A stretch of DNA of 33,066 bases from a virus. Lineage: Duplodnaviria; Caudoviricetes. Below, one piece after another: positions 1 to 8,197 of the stretch; the first letter of the stretch is position 1; every line of letters begins with the position of its first letter. The translations under genes were made by a program, and so were the position numbers. The notes under the pieces were generated by a model. The model did not search any database. It saw only the letters and a list, made by a program, of their open reading frames with translations, and was not told the origin of the DNA. The stretch is taken from positions 1 through 33,066 of the IMG/VR virus record IMGVR_UViG_3300033076_000465; one strand, given 5' to 3'.

Positions 1-192
1 ATCATAAACCCGCTCGTGCTCGCCGCGCAGCCACGCGACTACCGTTGGCATGGCAAGGACGAGCCGACCATCCAGAGCTGGAAAAACACCAGAGACATCT
101 ACTTCTTCCTGATTGGCGACGAGCTGATCGACGACTTCATGGAGCAGGTTCACACCGACCCCGACATGCGCAAGGCGCTGAAAGTTACTTAG
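1..192 (+). CDS. 5'-truncated hypothetical phage protein (...DPDMRKALKVT*)
   Basis: Frame 1 is open from base 1 to TAG at 190-192 with GC3-rich codons; not in the ORF track because the start lies outside the window. Confidence 0.7.
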   Translation: MINPLVLAAQPRDYRWHGKDEPTIQSWKNTRDIYFFLIGDELIDDFMEQVHTDPDMRKALKVT

Positions 193-201
193 GAGGTAAC
201 A

Positions 202-480
202 ATGAACGCACACATCGCGAACCGTGACCTCGGCACTGACGCCGAGCTGGCCGAACTCGTTGCCCGCATCAAGGGCTTTGACTACGAGCACGCCACCAAC
301 AACGAGAACCTGGCCCTAGCCAAGGCGCTCAAGGTGCTGGCCGAGGACATCGTGCAGCGCCAGCAGAAAGTGCAGGCCATGCAGGATGAGCTCAAGCGCA
401 AGCTGCAACTTGCCGAAGTAACGGCCGAGATGAGCGCGGTGCTCACGTCCCTCAAGCCCAAGAGGTGGTGGCGCAGATGA
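202..480 (+). CDS. hypothetical coiled-coil protein
   Basis: Strong RBS AGGAGG at 191-196; 92-aa helical ORF; ATGA overlap with the next gene. Confidence 0.85.
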   Translation: MNAHIANRDLGTDAELAELVARIKGFDYEHATNNENLALAKALKVLAEDIVQRQQKVQAMQDELKRKLQLAEVTAEMSAVLTSLKPKRWWRR

Positions 481-725
481 TCGAGGCTCGCATCAACTGG
501 CATCAGAAGAAGTCCATCGCGCAGAGCGAAGTGCTCGCCGAGCTGCTGCAAGCTGCCTACGCCCGGCGTCCCCTCGTCAACCGCCACGCGCTCGTAGATC
601 GCAGCGATGTGCTGGCCTACGCCCGGCGTGGTGAGTGGTGGCTCGTGAAGAGCAAGATCTGGCAGACCAAGATCGCTGACGAAGATGCCACCGCAATCCT
701 CAACGCGATCACGTTACTTGAATGA
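477..725 (+). CDS. hypothetical protein
   Basis: ATG at 477 overlaps the upstream TGA (ATGA coupling); ends ...AITLLE. Confidence 0.75.
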   Translation: MIEARINWHQKKSIAQSEVLAELLQAAYARRPLVNRHALVDRSDVLAYARRGEWWLVKSKIWQTKIADEDATAILNAITLLE

Positions 726-1009
726 GTAACGGCAAGATCTCGGCGCTCAAGCGCGCCATCCTTGAGCTTTTCAAGGACGAGCCAGTCTGGTGTCGCTCCA
801 AGCAGAAGCGCGCCAGTATGCGCAACCATCGGGCCAAGGCAATCGCCCTGCTCGATGACATCATCGAACTGAAAGACCGGCGCTTCCACGTCTGGGATGA
901 AGTCGATGATGTTCGCGTGCGGCATCGGCTAACCGAAGCGATCTTCCATGCCCAACGTGGTGGCATCGACGAGGCCGTGTTGCGTGCCGTGATCACGTTA
1001 CTTGAGTAA
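722..1009 (+). CDS. hypothetical protein
   Basis: ATGA-coupled to the upstream gene; ends ...VITLLE. Confidence 0.8.
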   Translation: MSNGKISALKRAILELFKDEPVWCRSKQKRASMRNHRAKAIALLDDIIELKDRRFHVWDEVDDVRVRHRLTEAIFHAQRGGIDEAVLRAVITLLE

Positions 1010-1023
1010 GTAACCCAAGCATT

Positions 1024-1075
1024 GTTAATAGGAAGTTATTCCTATATTGACAAAAGGTTGCCAATAGATTAAGTA
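1024..1075 (+). promoter_or_regulatory. putative sigma70 promoter with an upstream inverted repeat
   Basis: AT-rich intergenic region; TTGACA at 1047-1052; possible -10 (TTAAGT/TAAGTA) at ~1069-1075; inverted repeat ATAGGAA-GTTA-TTCCTAT at 1028-1045. Confidence 0.55.
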
Positions 1076-1123
1076 TTGCAACTGTTCTGTTCTTCGTCTC
1101 ATCTTAACCCCAAGGAGATTCTA

Positions 1124-1444
1124 ATGCCTACCCCCACCGACGCCCTCCTTGCCGAGCGCGGCAAGACCCACGGTGACTACACCGAACACGCGAACGTAAC
1201 CCAGGGTTTGAAGCGCGTGGCGCAGCAGACCGAGAACTACTGGTCCAAGCTCAACGACACGCAGCGCGAGAGCCTCGACATGATCGTCCACAAGATCGGG
1301 CGCATCCTGTCCGGTGATCCGAACTACGCTGACCATTGGGATGACATCGCGGGTTATGCCCGCCTCATCTCGCAGCGCATTGCCGCTGACCACCTCGCTG
1401 CCGTTGCGGCCAAGGTCGCCAAGGTTACAGCCGAAGCCGACTGA
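1124..1444 (+). CDS. DUF6378-like phage protein
   Basis: RBS AAGGAG at 1112-1117, ATG at 1124; motifs LAERGKTHGDY...KIGRILSG...DHWDDIAGYA recalled as typical of this family. Confidence 0.75.
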   Translation: MPTPTDALLAERGKTHGDYTEHANVTQGLKRVAQQTENYWSKLNDTQRESLDMIVHKIGRILSGDPNYADHWDDIAGYARLISQRIAADHLAAVAAKVAKVTAEAD

Positions 1445-1451
1445 ATTGGAT

Positions 1452-1488
1452 GGCGGGTTACTTAGGAAGTAATTCCTAGTAACCTGCC
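1452..1488 (+). terminator. long hairpin (terminator or operator) containing a palindromic site
   Basis: GGCGGGTTAC(T)TAGGAA-GTAA-TTCCTAGTAACCTGCC directly after the stop codon; no U-tract, so terminator function is uncertain. Confidence 0.45.
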
Positions 1489-1506
1489 TCACCATAACAT
1501 CATCGC

Positions 1507-1734
1507 ATGGAGAACAGAATGAAGAAGCCAGAGCTCGCGCGCTTGCTGCGTCCGAGCCCGCCCGAGACTTTCCCGCCCAACGTCGTCGCCACCTACGATG
1601 AGGAGCACAACATCGTCAGATACAGGAAGGACATCTACGACCAGCTCGAGCCCATCGACAAGGCTCGCGTACGCAACCTCCGAGACAAGTACCTCGAACT
1701 CGCCACCACCGAGCCGAGCTACTTCAGCAAGTAA
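1507..1734 (+). CDS. hypothetical protein
   Basis: 75-aa ORF with phage-like codon usage; alternative ATG at 1519 follows GGAG. Confidence 0.7.
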   Translation: MENRMKKPELARLLRPSPPETFPPNVVATYDEEHNIVRYRKDIYDQLEPIDKARVRNLRDKYLELATTEPSYFSK

Positions 1735-1759
1735 CCGATAACCCACGAAGGATGACACC

Positions 1760-2842
1760 ATGAAGCTCAAGACATTGTCTCGCCTTGCCATCTCCCTCTA
1801 TGCCTCTGGCAAGTGCGTCTACCTCCGCTCCGGTCCTGGCCGTGGCAAGACCACGACCATCGTCGATGCCATACCTCGCATCGGTGCTGCGATGGGCAAG
1901 AACCTTGGCATCTCCGTCGTCTCCGGTCCCAACCTCCAGCCCGGTGACACCGTTGGCTTCGGCATCCCCAAGCATGGCGAGAAGCACTCCGAGATGGTGT
2001 TCACGCTCCCGTTCTTCTGGCGCACCGACGAGGGCAAGCTGCTCGAGGAATACGACGGCGGCGTCATCTTCATCGACGAGGCCGACAAGATGGACGTGGA
2101 CCTGAAGAAGGTCATGGGCGAGATGGCCCTGTCCGGTCGCTGCGGCCCGCACAAGCTGCCCGAGGGCTGGGTCGTGTGGATGGCGGGCAACCGCTCCGAG
2201 GATCGCTCCGGCTCCACCAAGGAACTCGATCACCTCATCAACCGGCGTTACGAGATCAACGTCGATGACGACATCGAGGGCTGGGAAGAGTGGGCGCACA
2301 AGAACCGTGTGCATCCGTCTATCATCGCGTTCGCTGTGTCCAACCCGCAGATCGTGTTCCCCGACAAGCTGCCCGAGAAGCAGGGTCCGTTCTGCACGCC
2401 GCGCTCCATCGTGTCCGTTGGCGAGGTGCTCGTTACTCTGGCAGGTAACCCTGACGGCAACCTCCCCACTGACACTGATGCTGTCGAGCTTGCTGCCGCT
2501 GGCATCGGTCACGCTGCTGCCGGTCAGCTCTTCGCCACGCTGCGCCTCGAGTCCGAGCTGCCCAACATCGAGACGATCATCAACAACCCTGGCACGGCCA
2601 AGCTGCCGACCAAGCCTGATGCTCAGATGCTCGTCTGCTACAAGCTCGCCTCGCTGACCAAGGCCGAGAACATCACGCCGGTCATCACCTACATCGAGCG
2701 CCTCCCGGCTGACTTCGCTGCGACCTATGCCAAGGCGGTGGTCACCCGCGAGCCGCGCCTCGTTGCGCACAAGGCCATGCTCGACTGGACCAAGCGCAAC
2801 AACACCCTGATGACCACGCTGTCGATGCTCAAGAGCGCATGA
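1760..2842 (+). CDS. MoxR-like AAA+ ATPase
   Basis: Walker A SGPGRGKT, Walker B IFIDEADK, sensor-1 MAGN, arginine finger LINR, sensor-2 TPRS. Confidence 0.9.
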   Translation: MKLKTLSRLAISLYASGKCVYLRSGPGRGKTTTIVDAIPRIGAAMGKNLGISVVSGPNLQPGDTVGFGIPKHGEKHSEMVFTLPFFWRTDEGKLLEEYDGGVIFIDEADKMDVDLKKVMGEMALSGRCGPHKLPEGWVVWMAGNRSEDRSGSTKELDHLINRRYEINVDDDIEGWEEWAHKNRVHPSIIAFAVSNPQIVFPDKLPEKQGPFCTPRSIVSVGEVLVTLAGNPDGNLPTDTDAVELAAAGIGHAAAGQLFATLRLESELPNIETIINNPGTAKLPTKPDAQMLVCYKLASLTKAENITPVITYIERLPADFAATYAKAVVTREPRLVAHKAMLDWTKRNNTLMTTLSMLKSA

Positions 2843-3231
2843 AGATCAAGGCTGGCAGGTACAAGCTCGAAGTCCCGGAGGTCGAGAGTTACTCACGAGG
2901 TAACGACGACTTCCGGGAGGTCTGGGCCTCACGCCTGTGGGGCAACATCAACAAGGCTGAATACTACCGAATGGTCGGTGGTGTTATGAAATGGGATGAA
3001 CGCATGTCACGCAAGACCTACCGCATCGAACTCAAGATCGACTTCAACGACGACACCCGGCACGACGCACTCAAAGAAGTTGCCATGCAATATGCTCGCG
3101 ATTTCCTTGGCAGCGCCATGCTTCTACAGGACGGGCGCAGGCCCGCCTGCGTTCTCATGGCGGACGATACCTTCGTCGGCATGGAGGAGATCGACATTCT
3201 CCCTGAGAGCGAGAACCTCCATGAACCCTGA
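2839..3231 (+). CDS. hypothetical protein
   Basis: ATGA-coupled to the ATPase; 130 aa. Confidence 0.7.
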   Translation: MKIKAGRYKLEVPEVESYSRGNDDFREVWASRLWGNINKAEYYRMVGGVMKWDERMSRKTYRIELKIDFNDDTRHDALKEVAMQYARDFLGSAMLLQDGRRPACVLMADDTFVGMEEIDILPESENLHEP

Positions 3232-3409
3232 GACTGCCAAGCTGCTCGTGAAGGCGCTGCTCCTGTTCAACGACAAGCCGCGCTTCTCCCTCCGCCGTGG
3301 CGGCCTCGACTCGTATCAGGTCGCCTACGAAATCACCAAACACCTCAAGGCTAACGGGCTCGACTGGATGGACCCGGAGCTGCAACCCCCACCCGCCAGC
3401 AATTACTAA
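3221..3409 (+). CDS. small hypothetical protein (MNPETAKLL...)
   Basis: ATG at 3221 within the 2996 frame overlaps the upstream stop; fills the gap before the vWA gene. Confidence 0.65.
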   Translation: MNPETAKLLVKALLLFNDKPRFSLRRGGLDSYQVAYEITKHLKANGLDWMDPELQPPPASNY

Positions 3410-3421
3410 GGGAAGTAACCC

Positions 3422-4675
3422 ATGAAGATCGAAGCAATCGAACTCGACGCCCCCACCAAGCGCAAGTGGATCGAGACGCGCAGCGCGCTGCTCTGGTCCT
3501 GCCCGGCGTTCACCCACATCCTGTTCTCGATGCTCAACCCCACCAAGGGCGAGCTCGCCGCCATCTTCACCAAGGACGTGCCCATCGCTGCGACCGACGG
3601 CGAGAACCTCATCCTCAATCCCGAGGGGTTCTTTAAGATGTCGCTGTCCGAGCGCGTCTTCGTCGTGGCGCACGAGATCCTGCACTGCATCTACAATCAC
3701 TGCGCCATATCCCGCCCCTATCGCCAGACGGGTAAGGTCAAGTTCTCCGACGGCACCGAGCTGCCCTACGATGCCACGCTCATGAACGTGGCGATGGATT
3801 ACGTCATCAACGATGCGCTGATCCAGTCCGGTATCGGCTCGTTCCCCAAGGGTGGCTGCCACGATCCCAAGATCGCCACCGCTGCCGACTCCTTCCTCGA
3901 CGCCTACAAGAAGGTCTACAAGCAGCAGAAGAGCAACAAGGGGCAGAACGGTCAGGGCCAGGGTCAGGGCTCCTTCGACGTGCTCCTCGAGCCCGGCTCC
4001 GGTCAGGGCAAGGATCCCGGTCAGGCTGCACAGGGACGCTCTCAGGCCGAGTGGGACACCGCGGTTGCTGGTGCTGTCGCTGCGGCCAAGGCGCAGGGCA
4101 AGCTGCCCGCTGCGCTCGAGCGGTTACTTTCCGAAGTACTCGATCCGGTCGTGCCGTGGCAGGAGCTGATCCGTTCCTTCTTCGCCCGCAAGGTCGGCAA
4201 CTCCAGCTACAACTGGCGCAAGGCCGACAAGCGCCTCATCCAACGTGACATCTTCTCACCTGCTCGTGCTGGTTATGGCTGCGGCGATGTCATCGTCGCC
4301 GTCGATACATCCGGCTCCATCGGGCAGCGCGAGATCGACCTGTTCTTTGGCGAGGTGCGCGGCATCCTCGAAGACGTCAAGCCCATGAAGCTGTGGCTCG
4401 TGTGGTGTGACGCCGAGGTGCACGGCGTCGAGGAACTGGACAGCGCGTCCGACCTGGCTGGCCTCAAGCCCAAGGGCGGTGGCGGCACTGACTTCCGTCC
4501 GGTGTTCGACTGGGCCGAGCAGTCTGACATCCGGGCAGACGCCATCGTCTACTTCACCGACATGCTGGGCACGTTTCCCCAGTACGCGCCCGAGACGCCC
4601 GTCATCTGGGCCGACATCTACGGTCGCATCAAGGCACCGTTCGGCGAGACCATCGCCATCCCGCTGCGCTCGTAA
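3422..4675 (+). CDS. metallopeptidase-vWA protein (DUF2201-like), MoxR partner
   Basis: AATDG...VAHEILH (HExxH), a G/Q-rich linker, then MIDAS DTSGS, GGGTDF and YFTD. Confidence 0.9.
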   Translation: MKIEAIELDAPTKRKWIETRSALLWSCPAFTHILFSMLNPTKGELAAIFTKDVPIAATDGENLILNPEGFFKMSLSERVFVVAHEILHCIYNHCAISRPYRQTGKVKFSDGTELPYDATLMNVAMDYVINDALIQSGIGSFPKGGCHDPKIATAADSFLDAYKKVYKQQKSNKGQNGQGQGQGSFDVLLEPGSGQGKDPGQAAQGRSQAEWDTAVAGAVAAAKAQGKLPAALERLLSEVLDPVVPWQELIRSFFARKVGNSSYNWRKADKRLIQRDIFSPARAGYGCGDVIVAVDTSGSIGQREIDLFFGEVRGILEDVKPMKLWLVWCDAEVHGVEELDSASDLAGLKPKGGGGTDFRPVFDWAEQSDIRADAIVYFTDMLGTFPQYAPETPVIWADIYGRIKAPFGETIAIPLRS

Positions 4676-4707
4676 CTCCACCAAGTAACCCACGAGGACA
4701 CCACCAC

Positions 4708-5463
4708 ATGCCAGTCTTTACGCTCCCCATGATCACCGACCTTGGCGTCCAGGTGCGCCATCTCGCCACCAAGTTCTACGAGGCGCATCCCTTCTCGCTG
4801 ACGGCTGACGAGTTCATCGAGAGCTTCATCGACCCGCTGCACGTCAAGACGCTGCATCAGACCGAGGAGATCTGCGGCCGCATCGGCAACACTTCCTATG
4901 CGCACTACAGCGCCAAGACCAACGACAACCACGCCTTCAAGGTCGCGCTCACGTTCTATGGCGAGTCGCCTATCATAATCCCGCAATACGTCGCGCACGG
5001 ACTCCAGCCGACCGCGCCCGACACCATGCGCGAACGCATCCAGAATTGGATTGAGGAACGCTGGTCGTATGGCTGCACGTTCGGCGATGCCGTCGATGCC
5101 CTGAACTACCTCAACGATGTGTGCGGCGATGCGCGTGCATTCACCGTCATGTTCCCGGTGCTGCCGACTCTGCTGCGCAACATCAACAAGGAGCCCGAGG
5201 CTCGCACGTCCAAGCGCGCCAAGAAACTCACCGAGCTCCGGGGCTGCGGCTCGCTCCCCTCGTTACCTCGCCGGGTAACGCAGCGCCTTCAGGAGATCAG
5301 CCACCTCCTGACCGCAGTCAACATGATCGAGCAGGTACCGACGGTAAAGCTCAAGACCGGCGATGTCATGCTCGCCTACCACTATGGCTACGACGTGCCG
5401 AAGCGCGAGCATCTATTCAAGGGACTGCCGGGCTGTGCGGCTGTGCAGGGATCGTTCTGCTGA
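4708..5463 (+). CDS. hypothetical protein
   Basis: 251-aa ORF with RBS GAGGA upstream. Confidence 0.8.
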   Translation: MPVFTLPMITDLGVQVRHLATKFYEAHPFSLTADEFIESFIDPLHVKTLHQTEEICGRIGNTSYAHYSAKTNDNHAFKVALTFYGESPIIIPQYVAHGLQPTAPDTMRERIQNWIEERWSYGCTFGDAVDALNYLNDVCGDARAFTVMFPVLPTLLRNINKEPEARTSKRAKKLTELRGCGSLPSLPRRVTQRLQEISHLLTAVNMIEQVPTVKLKTGDVMLAYHYGYDVPKREHLFKGLPGCAAVQGSFC

Positions 5464-5471
5464 AACTAAAC

Positions 5472-5573
5472 GGGCGCAGCCCCCCACCACGAGCGCTGCG
5501 CCCAGACCTCGAAAGGTCGAAACCAACCCACGAAGGAAGGTCGCCCCCAATATATGGGCGGCCTACCTTATCG
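5472..5573 (+). other. structured intergenic element with three hairpins
   Basis: GGGCGCAGC/GCTGCGCCC (5472-5503), GACCT-CGAA-AGGTC (5505-5518), AGGTCGCCC/GGGCGGCCT (5538-5564). Confidence 0.55.
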
Positions 5574-5602
5574 TCAACACCATTACTTGTGTAGGTAATC
5601 AT

Positions 5603-7462
5603 ATGAAGACCATCGTCCTCGATTTCGAGACGTACTACGACGACCAGTATTCGCTCAGGAAGATGACCCCCGTCGAGTACATCCTTGACCCGCGCTTCGA
5701 GTGCATCGGCTGCGCTGTGAAGGAGGAAGACCAGCCCGCCATCTGGATGACGGAGGACGAGCTCAGGAGTTACATCGCTGGCTTACCTGAGAAAGTAATC
5801 GTCGTCTCGCACAATGCACTCTTCGACATGTGCATCCTCGCTTGGCGGTTCAGCTATTCGCCTCACCTGATGGCTGACACGCTGGGCATGGCGCGGGCTT
5901 GGCTGGGACACAGGCTCAAGTCCCTCTCGTTGGCGAACGTGGCGCTGCACTACGGCATCGGTGCCAAGGGCACGACCGTGCACAAGGTACAGGGCATGGG
6001 CCTCGCCGCCATCAAGGCCGCTGGCTTCTATGACGAGTACGCCGAGTACTCCAAGAACGACGCGGAGATTTGCCACGCTATTTACCGCAAGATCTGCGGA
6101 GAAGGCTTTCCCGCTGCCGAGATCGCCATCATGGACACGGTGCTGCGCTGCGCCACCGAGCCGCGCTTCCAGCTCGATCAGCAGCGCCTGGCCGAGCACA
6201 TCCATAACACCGTAACAGCAAAGCAGACGTTGCTTGGGCGCGTTGGCATCGCTGACCGTGGCGAGCTTCTCTCCAATGACAAGTTCGCGGAGGCGCTCAG
6301 GAATCTTGGCGTCGAGCCGCCCACGAAAATCTCCCTGACCACCGGCAAGGAAACCTACGCCTTCGCCAAGACGGACCCCGCCTTCATCGAACTCGAGGAG
6401 CATGACAACCCCGAGGTTCAGGCTCTTGTGTCGGCCCGCTTGGGCGTGAAGTCCACGCTCGAGGAGACGCGCACCCAGCGCCTCATCGACATCTCCAATC
6501 TTACTTGGCCAGGTAACGAGCCCGCCTCGCTCATGCCGATCCCGCTGCGCTACTCCGGTGCGCACACCCATCGCCTGTCCGGCGACTGGAAACTCAACAT
6601 GCAGAACCTCCCCCGTGGAGGTCAGCTTCGTAAGTCCCTCATCGCTCCCGAGGGCTTCAAGGTGGTGGCGGTGGACGCCTCACAGATCGAGGCGCGCTTG
6701 GCTGGCTGGTTCTGCGGTGCAACTGATCTGGTCGGTGCCTTCGCCAAGAAGGAGGACGTCTACTCCAGCTTCGCATCGAAGGTGTTCGGTCGTCCGGTCA
6801 ACAAGAAGGAGCACCCTGTCGAACGCTTCATCGGCAAGACCGCTGTGCTTGGACTCCAGTACGGGCTGGGCTGGCAGAAGTTCCAGAAGACGGTGAAGCT
6901 CCAGTCCAAGGCGCAGGTGGGGCAGGAGGTGGCGCTCACCGACGAGGAAGCGGCCAACGTCATCAAGACCTACCGCGAAACCTACCCGCAGATCCCGAAG
7001 ATGTGGACCAAGCTGGGCAACATCCTGCCTCGCATGACCGGTGACATCATCGAACTGGTGCATCCCGTCTACTTCGAGAAGGAACGCATTCGCCTGCCGA
7101 GCGGGCTCTACCTGAACTACTACGACCTCCAGAACAAGGACGGCCAGTGGTGGTTTACTTTCGCAGGTAAGCCCAAGTACATCTACGGCGGCAAGATGCT
7201 GGAGAACATCACTCAGGCGCTGGCCCGCATCCATGTGATGAACGCAGCGATCAGGCTGCGCAAGACGTTCCGGGAGATGGGCTGGGACATCCACCTCGCT
7301 CTCCAGGCCCACGACGAGCTGGTCTACATCGTCCCCGAGGACATGGCCGAGGCGATCCTCATGCTGTCGCTGGCCGAGATGAAGCGGCGTCCATCGTGGG
7401 GCATCGACATTCCCTTCGATGCCGAAGGCGACATCGGCCAGAGCTACGGCGACGCCAAGTGA
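5603..7462 (+). CDS. DNA polymerase family A with 3'-5' exonuclease domain
   Basis: Likely start is ATG 5603 (MKTIVLDFETY = ExoI); HNALFD ExoII; motif A VDASQIEAR, motif B RFIGKTAVLGLQYG, motif C QAHDELV. Confidence 0.95.
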   Translation: MKTIVLDFETYYDDQYSLRKMTPVEYILDPRFECIGCAVKEEDQPAIWMTEDELRSYIAGLPEKVIVVSHNALFDMCILAWRFSYSPHLMADTLGMARAWLGHRLKSLSLANVALHYGIGAKGTTVHKVQGMGLAAIKAAGFYDEYAEYSKNDAEICHAIYRKICGEGFPAAEIAIMDTVLRCATEPRFQLDQQRLAEHIHNTVTAKQTLLGRVGIADRGELLSNDKFAEALRNLGVEPPTKISLTTGKETYAFAKTDPAFIELEEHDNPEVQALVSARLGVKSTLEETRTQRLIDISNLTWPGNEPASLMPIPLRYSGAHTHRLSGDWKLNMQNLPRGGQLRKSLIAPEGFKVVAVDASQIEARLAGWFCGATDLVGAFAKKEDVYSSFASKVFGRPVNKKEHPVERFIGKTAVLGLQYGLGWQKFQKTVKLQSKAQVGQEVALTDEEAANVIKTYRETYPQIPKMWTKLGNILPRMTGDIIELVHPVYFEKERIRLPSGLYLNYYDLQNKDGQWWFTFAGKPKYIYGGKMLENITQALARIHVMNAAIRLRKTFREMGWDIHLALQAHDELVYIVPEDMAEAILMLSLAEMKRRPSWGIDIPFDAEGDIGQSYGDAK

Positions 7463-7539
7463 TGTTGTGGATGAAACTGTGGATGCTTGATCCAAAGCCA
7501 TAGCTAGGCAGTGCCAAACCCCAACGTAACCATAATGTA

Positions 7540-7585
7540 CTTGACAAGTTAACGGTAAGTATCTATATGTATAACTTGTTAACGG
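7540..7585 (+). promoter_or_regulatory. sigma70 (RpoD) promoter with overlapping operator-like repeats
   Basis: CTTGAC (7540-7545)-N17-CTATAT (7563-7568) matches the rhizobial RpoD consensus exactly; inverted repeat ACAAGTTA (7544)/TAACTTGT (7572); direct repeat GTTAACGG (7548, 7578). Confidence 0.8.
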
Positions 7586-7656
7586 ACAATATCAGATTGA
7601 CTGCATCCCCGTATTCGATTGATTGTCCGAAGGTACGCACCCAACGGGATACCCCC

Positions 7657-7764
7657 ATGCTTACTTTCGCAAGTTACCTACTGGTGTTCATCCTCGGCGG
7701 CTCCTTCGGAGCGTTCACCATCGGGCTTTTTGTCGCTGCCGACGATGATCGTGGAGAATACTGA
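7657..7764 (+). CDS. small single-pass membrane protein
   Basis: MLTFASYLLVFILGGSFGAFTIGLFVAADDDRGEY; hydrophobic; TGATG coupling to the next gene. Confidence 0.65.
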   Translation: MLTFASYLLVFILGGSFGAFTIGLFVAADDDRGEY

Positions 7765-8069
7765 TGATTGAGAACGCCGACCTGATCATGAAGTTTAGGC
7801 TCTCGCCTTCGATGGCGAAGATCCTGATGCTCCTGCTGGAGAACAAACGGGTCAGCGCCCGCATGATCGAGAACGATCTGAAGATCGTCACCGACACGAA
7901 GGTCGCGATCCACCGGATCCGCCGCCGCCTTGAGAACACCGGCATTGAAATCCAGTCCCGCCGTGAGGTGGGCTACTGGCTCGACGATACGTCCAAGACT
8001 GTTCTTTACGAAGCCTTGGGCCAACAGGCTCCCGCCGTTTCGGCGGGGGAGGGCGAAACGTCTGCCTGA
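7764..8069 (+). CDS. stand-alone winged-helix DNA-binding protein (OmpR/PhoB C-terminal-like)
   Basis: LSPSMAKILMLL...KVAIHRIRRRL...IEIQSRREVGYWL resembles the recognition helix and wing of the OmpR effector domain. Confidence 0.8.
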   Translation: MIENADLIMKFRLSPSMAKILMLLLENKRVSARMIENDLKIVTDTKVAIHRIRRRLENTGIEIQSRREVGYWLDDTSKTVLYEALGQQAPAVSAGEGETSA

Positions 8070-8084
8070 AAGACGCAATCAAGC

Positions 8085-8166
8085 TGCGTTCGCTCAGTTA
8101 CTACGCACTGAACTTTTGAGTTCACGACAACGCTCCACGGCCTACTTCAGCCCCAGGCCGTGGGGC
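8085..8166 (+). other. structured intergenic element
   Basis: TGCGT/ACGCA (8085-8107), TGAACT-TTTG-AGTTCA (8109-8124), 12-bp stem GCTCCACGGCCT/AGGCCGTGGGGC (8132-8166). Confidence 0.45.
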
Positions 8167-8197
8167 ACCCCCACCCAATACTTCAGAAAGTAATTGC

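Noticed and set aside
5495-5525. Hammerhead-like stem followed by GAAAC
   Set aside because: No CUGANGA core precedes the stem.
5363-5602. 80-aa N-terminal extension of the DNA polymerase in the ORF track
   Set aside because: It overlaps the upstream gene and the hairpin region; the ExoI motif begins right after ATG 5603.
8070-8197. tRNA in an intergenic gap
   Set aside because: No cloverleaf with acceptor stem, T-loop GTTCRA in position or CCA end.
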